The position numbers and the translations under genes were made by a program. A DNA stretch of 64,000 nt. Source: Balamuthia mandrillaris (taxonomy: Eukaryota). Positions 49,563 to 61,174 of this stretch are shown piece by piece. The stretch spans positions 1 through 64,000 of the forward strand of contig JAVKOQ020000113.1 in assembly GCA_031835245.2 (NCBI GenBank). Reading direction: 5' to 3'. How positions within the stretch are numbered: position 1 is the stretch's first letter; the number at the start of each line of letters is the position of its first letter. Below the pieces are notes generated by a model. The model had not been told where the DNA came from, searched no databases, and saw only the letters and a program-made list of their open reading frames with translations.

Positions 49563-51680
49563 GTAATAGTAATAAGAAGTTTATTTGCTCTGAAAGAAAC
49601 AACCATAAAAGTAGGCATTGTATATAGTTGTGTACTCATATTTTTTTTACTCATTCTTTATACCTTCCCAAGAAAAATGTAGAATGAGCATTTAGACTAG
49701 CTTTATACTATATCCATCCTCTTCTTTCCTTTTTTACTTTTTACTCTTTTTCTTGAATTTACATTACTAAAAAGGTGTTAAAGGAATGCAAAATAACTTC
49801 CATATTTTACTTGCTCTTGCTGCCTGTTATCTTCAAACTAATTTACAACTTTGCTTGCATTGTTTCATCTCTTGTGCTTTATTTCATTTCTTTTCACTTG
49901 ATAATAGCTTTGTTGTACAGTCTTCTATAATCAGCTTTCTGACTTGTTCTTCATCTTCATTATTGTTGTGAACATAACCAACGAAAATAGTCATTTTTGT
50001 CAAAAATAAGTCTGGACAAGCTGGGATTGGCAACTTGAGTTAAGGTCCTTATTCTCCCTCTTGGCTTTCTCTCTCTTTCCATTTCCTTCACTTTCTTCTT
50101 TCTCACCCTCCTCTTCCCTTAGTTGACTTATCTCTAGTAACTCAAAGTGCCCATCTTGTCCCTTGGCATAATGAATTACAGTAAGTAGGCCTTGATGGTC
50201 AACTAACCTAATTTTGCTCTACATATCCCTACTACTGTCTCAATGTACTAAGGCCTTAAGAAATGACACCTGGAACCTGAGTAGAACTGAGAAAAAGACA
50301 AACAGAGGATGAAAATGAAATGTATTAAAGGAAAGAGAAGGAAACAAGTGCGTTTTTGTTTGTGTTGTTGTCCCAATTCTCTGTATTTGAGGAGAAAGTA
50401 TTTATAATTGAAAAGCAAACCAAGGAAGAGACTTAGAGTTGAAGAGTAGTTTCTTACTTTCTTTGTTCTTGAAGATCTTTGTAATAGATGTTAAGATTGT
50501 TAATTAAAAAAAAATAAACAAAGACCCTGCGCACTTGGCTGTTTTTAGTAGTCAGTAGTCAAACTGCTGATTTCTGCCTTTATTGGCGGTTTTGGCGGTT
50601 TTCAGCAGTTTTTGGCAGCTTTCCTGCCACTGTTGTTTGAAATGTGAGATGCCCAGCTGCCTGGGCAGTCTCCAAAGTAACTCCCCAATGCTGCATACCA
50701 TTCTTCTCCCCTACTTTCCACACTTTAACATGCTTGAGCCCCAGCTCAAAGATCCTCTTGCACACCTTTTCTTTTTTAAGGCCTTACTGCTCACCACAAT
50801 CAATCTGCCCTCCACAGCCCCTACCTTGGAGTAGGGACTGGCAAAGCCATACTTTGGTTTTACTCCAGACCAATAGTTCAGGTTGGTTACCATATCCTTG
50901 GTTCACATCTTCCTGTATATTCTGAAGTTCCTCTGCCATTTCTTCCTTCCAGTATTCCAAGCTTGGTGTGATAGCTGCAGTTACCATTGGAAGGAAATTG
51001 CTTTCTGCAGTAATCTTATTACACCATGGAGCTGATCCAACCACCTCTGTATATGACTGTTGGGAACCCCGAGCAGGGCTGCCTTTGGTACTATTTGCAC
51101 TTCCTTTTTCTTTCACCATAAGATTACAGATCTCCTGGTCGAGAGATTCAATCAGGTCCCTGAATTGTACAATCACTGTGAGTGAGAGTACACTTGCCTT
51201 GGAAGGCTTACCACACTTGCAAGAAACACTGCTAATACAATCAAATAGCAGCGCCACTTGACTGTTGATTCACTCTTTAACATTGTCTACACTGACTGAG
51301 TTCAAATCAATCTTCCTCTCAGGCACAACACTGGTCCCTTCCCCTCAGCAGGGCGAATACACCACTGAGTTATACTGCTTGTCCCCTTTGACAAAACACT
51401 CAGGGATCTTTGCCTCTTTTTGCGCAGCTTGCCAAGCAGGCTCCTATGAACAATTGCTATTTAGGTCCAGTCCCCTTTGACAAAACACTCAGGGATCTTT
51501 GCCTCTTTTTGCGCAGCTTGCCAAGCAGGCTTCTATGAACAATTACTATTTAACCCCAGTCTAAGACGTTCCTTCATGGCCAGATCCATCCATTGATGTA
51601 GGACCTGTTCCCTCTTCTGATTCAATTGATTGACAGTCAGTGCTTTTGTGTGGCGGTGCCCTTTTTTTCTGCATTTTTTT
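49563..51680 (-). mobile_element. Decayed, internally deleted copy of the LINE at 56496-61398
   Basis: 50640-51680 matches ORF1 (ALLFDCIS, NYWSGVKPKYGFASPYSKVGAVEG). 50030-50260 and 49563-49960 match the ORF2 end, 3'UTR and tail (GCAAATAAAC..TTATTACTA). There is an 89-bp tandem duplication at 51381/51470. Confidence 0.85.
50262..50480 (-). repeat. LTR-like repeat fragment, homologous to 53960-54184
   Basis: Shared AAGAACAAAGAAA..CCTTGGTT..TATAAATACTTT..CACTTGTTT..CTCAGGTTC blocks. Confidence 0.6.
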
Positions 51681-51966
51681 CCCCACTCTATACATAAAAA
51701 GTAACATTGTACATACATAGTGTACTCTTACTTCTCTTACTCCCTTATCCTCAATGCCTTTTCAATTGTTATTCAAGTTCACAAGTGAAAGGTGTTGAAT
51801 TAGCTTTCAGACTAACTTTGTGCTATCTAGTTATTCTTTTCTTTCCCCTTTCCTTTCTTCTCTTTTCCTTACTTTTACATTATATCCAAAGTCCCTTTCT
51901 TGATCCACAGGGTTATTCCCTATCAACACATCCTCTATGAGAAAATCAATAAGGAAACAGAACACT

Positions 51967-52950
51967 ATGTCAGACCCTAATGCAGAAAAGTTTCCAACTT
52001 TCACTCAACATCTTTTATGAGACTTCTGACAAGGTCAGAAAAGAGAAACAGGCAGAAAATACTGCCCTGGAAACTCAGATAACAGAAGTTGACAAGGACC
52101 TCATACACTTTCCAGAATAGTCGAAGAAGTGCAAAGAGCTAATCTTCAACCTACTGTGGTCAGCTGATCACACCTCTTTCAATGCATTTCCTCCTTCAAC
52201 CCCCCAACTTTCCCTTATCATGCCAGCTTTGCCTACTCTCTTTCCTCGTATACAACCTTCTACTCTCATCATAGGATTGGAGAACAGCACCCCTGCTGGC
52301 CCCTTCACCTCTTCTAGTCACACACAACATCCTACTTCCATCATGTGATCAGCAGGTGAGTCTGCTTCTCACTCCTCCTCTCAAAATTTCCCACCTGGAG
52401 TCTACAAGCAATAGTGCTTCACCTTTTTCCACACCTACTCCAAAGAAAGTGCCTCACCTTCCTGCCAGATTACCCAAATTCAACTTAAACAAACGTGAAG
52501 ACTCTACTCTTCACACCAAAGAGCTTGAGTATCTTCTTTGTGCACACGACTACTCAGTTGAGTGTTGGATGCAAGCTTTGATCATCACCCTTACTGAACA
52601 TGGACAGTTTTGCGCCATCAACATGCTTGGCAACCTTCTTTGGAAAGAAGCTCACATTGTGTTCCATCAGCATTATCATTTACCAGATGATAAAACCACA
52701 ACCACTGCTGTAACTACCTTTCATCAGTAGTCAGGCGAGTCTGTTCACAAACTTATCAACCAATTCACTACACTCTGCAACCAGCTTCCCAATATGTTCA
52801 GTGATGAACTCAAGGCACACTACCTTGGGAAGTCTCTTCTAGAACTCCTCAAAACGCATTACAAACAATAAACTATGGGATAAACCCTGGACCTTAGGAT
52901 GGCAGCTGGAATTGCAATCCTAGTAGAAGCCGCTTTCCCTCCTTCTTCAG
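51967..52950 (+). pseudogene. Degraded retrotransposon gag-like remnant
   Basis: LPKFN..LEYLL..W..AL..LTE..W....F..HY and FHQ*SGESVHKLINQFTTLCNQL resemble the Q..GESV..F..RF gag major homology region. Several stop codons. Confidence 0.5.
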
Positions 52951-53726
52951 GAAAAAGCCACAAGAGCACAAGAACCAACAAGCTCCCAGCAGCTCTGCTC
53001 CTTCTTCTGTTACCTTGGCTAATCATGTCTCTTCCTTCAACACATCTCTGATTTCTATGTCACAGCTTTTCCTCTTCAAATCTCTTTCCCCCACTCTTTC
53101 CTCTTACACACAACTCAATCCTGTCTCAGGATCAGAGAACAGCACTCACACTGCTTCCTCTACCACTAAGCACACTAGACAGACTTTGAAAGAATGAATC
53201 AACAACTCTGTTGCTTTCCCTACGTCCCTTATAGCCACACTAGGTTGCTCTTCTACCCCTTGTTGGAAAACTCCAACATAGTAGCTCTTCTCTTCTTTCT
53301 GCTGACTTCTCCTTCCCGAGGAAACCTCTCATCTTCCCTTCTCCTTTCTTGATGTTTCCTTTTTTCTCTGTTTTCTGTTTTTTGCTTTGCTCTTTAATGG
53401 ATCTTTCTTCTAACTTAAATACTGCCTCTCCTTGCTTCTTCTTCTTTTTCCTCTTGGGACAACTTACAACAAAACACAAGATACTTTACTATCACTTGTA
53501 CTCTTCACTTTTAGTAAATTAAGTTTGGGTCGCATACATACTTTGTCTCCACCATCATTCACGTTCTTATTTTACAATCCTCCTTACTTTGTCTCAGCCT
53601 TCATTCCCGTTCTTATTTTACAACACCCTCACTCTTCTCTCAACAGCTCTTTCACTCCTCTCCCACATGTGTCTCTTCCCTTGTCTCTTTTATATCATAT
53701 TCACTCATCAGCATTCTTGCCAACAC

Positions 53727-54184
53727 TGTGATACCTTGGCTGCATCTTCCACCAGGCAGATTAGCACTTTTCCCCCTTCTACATACAGTTGCAGTGTTGG
53801 CAACTGCCAACATAACCAACTCTTTCTTCGTTTCTTTCTTCATTTCTTTTCTCTTTTTTGTCGACAATCTCATGTCAGCTATCATCAATCTTTTATGTCG
53901 ACACCGAGCCATTCCGAAGATCTTTCTCCTGCCTTCCCTGGAACTTTCCCAAGCCTAGAACTTAAGAACAAAGAAACCAAGAAGTCACTCCCCAACTCGA
54001 GCCCCTTTCCTTCCTTGGTTGCCTTCTCAACTATAAATACTTTTCCCACAACCAAGAACACACAGACAAACAAACAAAGAAACAACACACTCACAAACAC
54101 ACTTGTTTTCTTCCTCTCATTAAATACGTTTGGCTCCCGTCTTTCTCTTGGTTCCTGTCTTGGTTCTATGCTCAGGTTCTAACA
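53727..54184 (+). mobile_element. Putative solo LTR
   Basis: Begins TGTGATA and ends CTAACA. Internal TATAAATA (about 54032) and ATTAAA (about 54119). A second copy lies at 50262-50480. No clean TSD found. Confidence 0.4.
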
Positions 54185-56516
54185 GCAACACACAGCAACA
54201 CACTTATATATGTCTTGTGCTCCCTGGCCAAGACTTACTCTTCGCACTAACATTAAGGTCATTAGCATTCCTTTTGTCCCTAGCACTAACACTTCTGAGA
54301 TTCCAAGCTGTTAACTTAATACACAACCTACTACTTCTTAAATCAAAGCAAACATATTTTTTTAAGAAAAAGGGAACCATAAAGGAATAGAGGTAAAGAA
54401 GTAGGGCATTGAAGGATATGAGCCTACAAAAGATATGTTTAATCACCAACACATATCTCAAAACTCCTCATGCAGAATATCTTCTACAAATTTCTCTCTT
54501 CTTCCCTTTTCTCTTTTCCCTTTCTCTCAGTATACTCTAAAGCAACAACGGCTTGGTTTGTGTGGGTGGGATGTGGGGTGTGTACATGAGTGTCTTTGTT
54601 GGGCATGGGTTGCTGTGGTCTGTTATGCGTTGTGGTGTATTGTCTTGTTGCCTTCCTGTAAGGTGGTTAGTTGCTGTGGTGCTGTGGGGCAGGTGGGGTA
54701 CTGGCTGGCTACAGGTTTTGTAAGGGTAGGCCCAGTGGGCATAGTAAGGGAATTTGGAAATGAAGTTGTTGTAGAAGAGGAAGGGAGAGGGGGAGGGAGG
54801 AGGAGGGGAGTTCAGGGAGGGAGGGGGGCGGGGGGCAGCCAGCCCTTTTCTGTGAGGGCTTTGTTTGTTGTTCGGTAGAAGTTTTGTAGGGCATTTGCAA
54901 TTTTGTACAGGCTGTCTAGGACTTGTTTTCTTTTGTCTTTGTTCGTTGGGTGAAGGAATACCTGGTGTGGGAGGGCGCCTAACCAGACATCAGTGTTGTC
55001 TAGGTTGTCAATGAAGAGGCAGGCGAGGTTGGGGTTGATGTTTTTGAGGTCTTGGTGGAGGTGTTCTCTGGTTTTGCATCAGTGCTGGACAGTGATGGAC
55101 CAAGTGGATTAGGTCCTCTTCCTCCGGAGTTTGGTGGGCATAGCTTACATGTTGGGCTTTGGAGGCAGTGGAGGAGTATGCGTTTGCACATAGAGGGAGA
55201 AGGTTATGGCATGCACTGAATCTTACATGTTCTGTGTCAATTGGGAGATATGGTAATTGGATGAATCGGTCTGGTTTTTTGTTTGGGGCTGTTTCTTTGG
55301 GGAGGGTGGCTTTTACAGTTTTCCATGTGTTATGTGTCCAGAACTTTTGTTAGGTGTTGTCCTTGATAAGGTATTCTGTGGGGGAGAGGCAGAGTTCTTC
55401 TATAAGGGGCCTAGAGGGGAGCTGGGAGGCTTGGCTGGCCAGCTTGTCTGCTTGTTCATTGCCTTGTTTTAAAATAGCTGGGTCTACAAAGGTGGTTAGT
55501 ACTTTATCTTGGTGTGTGATTTTCTTTTTCCAAGTGTTCTTTTGTTTTTTGAGCTTTTCCTTTTGGTGGCTGTAGATATGCTGGAAATCAACTGTGGCTT
55601 CTTGCTCAAGGATAACTGTGTCGATGAGTTTAAGGATTGGATGCTCCTTTTTTCCTCTTGGGGTAGTTGGGTTTCTGTTCTTGAGAGCGTTGATGCAGCT
55701 CAGGTTGTTTGAGAAGATGGTAATGGGTAGATTGTTGTTACTTTTGACTGCTAAGCGGAAGGCTGTTAATTCTGCATTAAATGAGGTCTGATCATTTGGA
55801 GTTCTGTATATGATGTTAGCAGGGTCATTAGCGTTGAAGAAGATGCTTGAGCCTGTCCCATCTTTGGAGTGGGAACCATCTGTGAATATTGCACTTTTGC
55901 CATTCTTAAGGAGAAGGGGGTTGGAGAGGAAGTAATAGGGTAGAGAATATTGTGTATATAATTTTTCTTTTCTTCAATGAGAGCATGTGCTGCTAGGAGC
56001 TGTTCTTTGTAAGGAGATTGAATAGAGGTTCTTGTGAGGGGTGCTATGTGGCCTGCATAAAGGGTGGAGAATGGCACACCATTATTTAAGGGCTGTTTAT
56101 GATTTTCTCCAGTACTGTAAAGAGGCCTGTGATAGTAAGAAAACTTGATTTAGGTTTTGGGGCGTATGTGCCTATCAGAGGGTGAGGTTCTATTTTGCTA
56201 TTATAGTTATCAATATTGTCTTTTAGGAGTTGTGATGAGATTAGTTCAAGTCTTTGTGATGTGTTGTCTATGAGGTGGGACCTGAGATTGATGAGTTGGA
56301 GTGATAAGGCCGGTGAGGGACAAACGGATACCAACTCGTTGTATGCAGGGAAAAGACCTTTAATAGAATGAAAGAAAGAAATATATATACAAGGAGAGAT
56401 AGAGATAGGTATTATGGGGGAGTGGTATAACAGGAGTTCTTGTATTTTTAGTAGTTTTATATCATCTTCTTTGTTATATAGAATTGCTTTATTGTTGAAA
56501 GTCGAGGCAGGAAAAA

Positions 56517-57872
56517 ATGCGGAAAAATAGGACTCTGCCACGCAAGAGCACTGAATTGATTGACAGTCAGGAGAGGGAACAGGTCCTACGTCGATGGGTG
56601 GATCTGGCCATGAAGGAACGTCTTAGACTGGGGACCCTAAACGGTAATCGTTCGTGGAAGCCCGCTTTGCAAGCTGTGCAAAAAGAGACAAAGATCCCCG
56701 AGTGTTTTGTCAAAGGGGACAAGCTAAATCAGTTTCTGGAGGAAGCGTTCAAGTTTGCGGTGGAAAAGTATGGGCACCTGAACACTACCACAGTCAAGAT
56801 TCCTTCTCCCAGGGTGAACCAAAAGGAGGAGGACGACAGAGGGGCAGAGGATCAGTGTAACTCGGTAGCGGATTCGCCCCGCCGAGAGGAAGGGACAAGT
56901 GTTGTGCCCAAGGGGAAGATTGATTCGGACTCAGTCAGTGCAGCCGGCGTTAAGGAGCGAACCAATAGTCAAGTGGCGCTGCTGTTTGATTGTATTAGCC
57001 GTGTTTCTCACGAGTGTGGTAAGCTCTCCGAGGCAGGCGTACTCTCACTCGCAGTGATTGTACGATTCAGGGACCTGATTGAATCCCTCGACAAGGAGAT
57101 CAATAATCTTATGGTGGAAAAAGGAAGTGCAAATAGTACCAAAGGCGGCCTTACTCTGGGTTCCCAACGGTCTTACGTGGAGGTGGTCGGATCAGCTCCG
57201 CGGTGTGATATGATTACTGCGGAAAGGAATTTCCCTCCAACGGCAACTACGGTCAGCGCGCCAAGCTTGGAATACTGGAAGGAAGAAATGGCAAAGGAAC
57301 AAGGGATATGTTGGCAGGATAACTCCAACATATACAGGAGGCCGTGGACCAAAGATACAGTAACCGACCCGAACTATTGGTCTACAGTAAAACCAAAGTA
57401 TGGCTTTGCCAGTCCCTACTCCAAGGTAGGGGCGGTGGAGGGCAGATCGATTGTGGTGAGCGGTAAGGACCTTAAGAAGGAAAAGGTAAGTGAGAGGATC
57501 TTCGAGCTGGGGCTCAAGCACGTCGGAGTGTGGAAAGTAGGAGAGAAGAATGGCACGCAGCATTGGGGAGTTACTTTGGAGCCGGCCCAGGCTGCCGAAG
57601 ACATTATTGCGGAAAGAGCCAGGCTGTATGCTTTTACCCGCTGGTGGGTGGGCAAAGCCCGAATTGAAGAAGCCAAGAATGAAGGTAAACCGCTGTGGAA
57701 GCCTAAAGAGCAAAGAAAGATGGAGAAGAAGAAGGAAAAGGAGTAGAATGTTGGAACAGTGGCCTTGGACAGCTCTTTGGAACTCTCAGGCATCGCGCTG
57801 GCTGAGGAGGAGTATCATGGTGCTGCCAACTGGTCTGACATTGTGGAGGAGGAAGGAGAGGAGACCCAATGA
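56517..57872 (+). pseudogene. LINE ORF1 (one premature TAG at 57744-57746; natural stop probably TGA 57870-57872)
   Basis: 409-aa ORF. The same frame stays open after the TAG (..NWSDIVEEEGEETQ*) up to a TGA that overlaps the ORF2 ATG. Confidence 0.65.
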
Positions 57873-60800
57873 CTTCAGTAGCGTTTGTCAACTCTAGGGG
57901 CTGGGGACAAGAGGAATTGGTCAGCTGTTGGGCTGACAGTAAGCAATTTGACATTATTGGAGTGTGCGAACATAGGAGGATGGTTGCCCCTCGATTGGAG
58001 GGGTATCGGTGGATGGGTGGAGGGGCTGCTCCAGGGAGGAGTGGCTATGGAAGGGGTGGCGCAGGTTTCTTTGTTCGAGAGGGCTTCAAGGGGAACATCA
58101 GAGAAAGGAAAGAGTGGCGAACACCCAACTCCACTTGGGTGGAACTGGCGGGACAGGGTTGCATCTTTATAATCGGTATAGTGTATCTCCCTCCAGGAGG
58201 TACCGTGGACAACTTTAAGGTCACCTTGGCTGCGATTGAGAAAAGAATCCTGGACGTGGTCAAGGAAGGAAGACCCCTGATTATTGGAGGTGATTGGACC
58301 GCCAGGGTTGGAAAGGGATGGAATGGTAGAGGTGAATCTACTTACAACACGAGAGGAAAGGTGTTGGTGGAGGCTTTCAAAAGGCTGGCCCTCTCGTTGC
58401 CTCAGCTCGAAGAGGAAGCGCCAGTATTTACATGGAGAGCTGGAAAACGAAAGAGCATTGTGGACTATGTGGTAGCATGGAGATGGCCGGGCAAGGTAGT
58501 TGGTGACAGATGGCAAGCTTGGACCGATCATCGACCACTGGTAGTCGAGTTGAAGGACCCAGCAGATAATTGTGGCGGGGTTTGGATGGAACGATGGAAG
58601 TGGAAGTCCTACTCGGAGGAAGATCGCAAGAGGAGGTGGAGGGAGTACAAACGCGGGTGCAAGCGTTTCTTCAAAGGAGAGGAATGGAAGGCCATGGTCA
58701 AGAAAACACGGGAGGGAGCAGCTACTGTTGAAGATCTTTGGAGCAAGTGGAAAAAAGGATTGTGGGATTGTGCAATGAGATGGTTTGGTAGAGAAAGGAG
58801 ACTGATAGGAGCAACAACAAGCAGGGCAAGGAAGCCATGGTGGACAGCAGAGTTAACATCCTTGAACAAGCAGGTAGCGATAGCCCATGCTCAGTGGCTA
58901 AGAGAAGGAAAGAATGATGGAAAGGCCAGAGAGGAATTTGTGGAACTCAGAAAAAGGTTTGTGAAGTTGTGGAGAGCCAACAAATGGGACTGGATGAAGT
59001 GGAAAAGACAAGAGAACATCAAGGAAATGCAGAAATGGATCGGCAACATGTGGAGGATAGTGGCAAAGCGTAGAGCAGAGCCCAAAGCAGTTATGGAGCA
59101 CCACGGTAGCACAGCAGCCTTCAAGGAACATTGGGCAAAGCTGGGAAGGAAGGATTCTTCCATTGGGAGCTTGCATCGAGAGGAAGCAGGTCCAGAAGGA
59201 CTGCCTTGGTCTGGTAGTAACTGGCTTAAGAAGGAGAGTTTTAATCTTGCATGGAGGAAAAGATTGAGGGTGGGCAAAGCAGCTGGGGGGGACAATATTG
59301 ATGGGGAAATGATGAAGTATGGAGGCAAACATGTGCAAGATGCAACTTGGACGCTGATCAAGGTCATTGAGAACCAAGGCATATTCCCCAAGGAGTGGAA
59401 ACAGGGGGTGGTTATTCCCTTGCATAAGACAGGAGATCCCCAGAATCCAGCAAACTATAGAGGTATTACTCTCCTATGCAATGCAGCCAAGGTGTTCGAA
59501 GGAGCTATCTTGGTACAATTGAACATACAAGCAAGAGAGCAAGGGTGGATAAGTAATTGCCAGGGTGGATTTAGAAAAGGAAGGGGAGTCATGGATCAGG
59601 TGTGGCGGTTGAAGAAATGCCTGATGAAGAGAAGCAAAGAACGTACCTATATTGCTCTGTTGGATATCAGCAAGGCATATGACATGCTTGCCCATGACAT
59701 ACTGGCAAGGACATTACGCAAAAGAGGAGCAGAAGAGGCAGCAGTGGGTATCATTACAGAGTGGTACCATGGTATGACGAGTGTTATTCGCATGAATGGG
59801 CAGCTTTCAGAGGAATTTCTGGTGGAAAGAGGAGTTAAGCAAGGAGGAGTTTTGTCTCCATTCTTGTTCAATGTATACATTGATGTGGTGGCAAGAAAGC
59901 TACAAGCTGCAGAGGAGAAGGAAAGATGAGATAAAGCAAGGAATGTTTGCTTGTTGTTTGCAGATGACTTGGCAGTGGTGGCCAGCGACCCATTTGAGCT
60001 TCAGAGAAGATTGAATGTAGCAGTGGAGGCAGTGAATGCTCTGGGACTTCAGTTCAATGCAAAGAAATCAGTGGTGCTAGTACAAGGAAAGAAGGCTCAT
60101 TTTCAAGAGTGGAGACTGAAGGGGGAGGCTGGGAAACGGGTGAAGGAGGCCAAGTACCTGGGACTGTGGTTTGAAGAAAGTGGGGAATGGACAACTCATG
60201 CCAAGGAGAGGATCACCAAGGCCAAGCAAGCCCTCTACAGCCTTAGGCAGCGGGGAGCCAATGCCCAAGGCCTTGGTACACGCACTGCCCAGATTGCTGC
60301 AGAGGCTATTGTCAAGTCTACCTTGTCATATGGATTATGTATGACAGAGCTTTCCAAATCATGGTGGAAGAAGATCGAAGCAGTGTGGAATGAGACAGCA
60401 AGAAGTGTATTGCAAGTTCATCGAAGGACTGTGGCGGGGGTTTGTAGAGCAGAATTGGGCTGGTTGACCATCAAGGCCTGCTGTGAGTTGGAAAGACAAG
60501 CAGTAATTCATCATGCTGAGAGGCAAGATGGCCACTTTGAGCTACTTGAAGAGGTAAGCCAAGCAAGTGAAGAGGAAGGGGAGAAGAATGAAGGTGAGGG
60601 AGGTGACGGAACGACAGTTGTTGAAAAGAAAGCCAAGAGGATGAGGGCTTTAACTCGAGTAGCCAAGATGGAGTATGCAGCTGAAGGAGAAAGAGGAACA
60701 AGAGCATGGCTATGGCATAACTTCTTGACAAATGGAAGATGTTTGGTTGGACAACAACGGAGCTTAGTGATTACCAACCCAAGGAAAGAACGTTTGATGA

Positions 60801-61174
60801 ATGCTATTCGCTGTGGTGGACTGCCTATTGGAAAAAAGTGGGGATCCATTCAGCAGTCTGAGGAGGATAGCAAGTGCCCTGCTTGTGATGCTGAGGAAGA
60901 AACAGCAGAACACTTCCTGTTAAGGTGTCCTAACCTTTGGGAAGATCGCTTTAGAATCTGGAGTGTGGACAATGGAAGTGAAGAACAAGTCAGAAAGCTG
61001 ATTATAGAAGACTGTACAACAAAGCTCCTGTCAAGTGGAAAGAAATGTAACAGAGCTCAAGAGATGGAACAATGTAAGCAAAGTTGTAAACGAGTCTGGA
61101 GATTATGGGCAGCAAGAGCAAGTTGGAAGCATGGAAGTTCTTCTGCATTTTATCAGTCTTTGGAAGTAATGTAA
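57869..61174 (+). pseudogene. LINE ORF2 (APE endonuclease, reverse transcriptase, CCHC) with one in-frame TGA at 59927
   Basis: VNSRG, GVCEH, VYLPP, GDWT, IVDY, TDHRP; NYRGITL, QGGFRKG, DISKAYD, GVKQGGVLSPFLF, LFADDL, KYLG; CPAC..ETAEHFLLRC. The two track ORFs are in the same frame. Confidence 0.9.

Noticed and set aside
51967..54184. Complete LTR retrotransposon
   Set aside because: No pol, no co-oriented LTR pair and no clean TSD. Only gag-like and LTR-like remnants.
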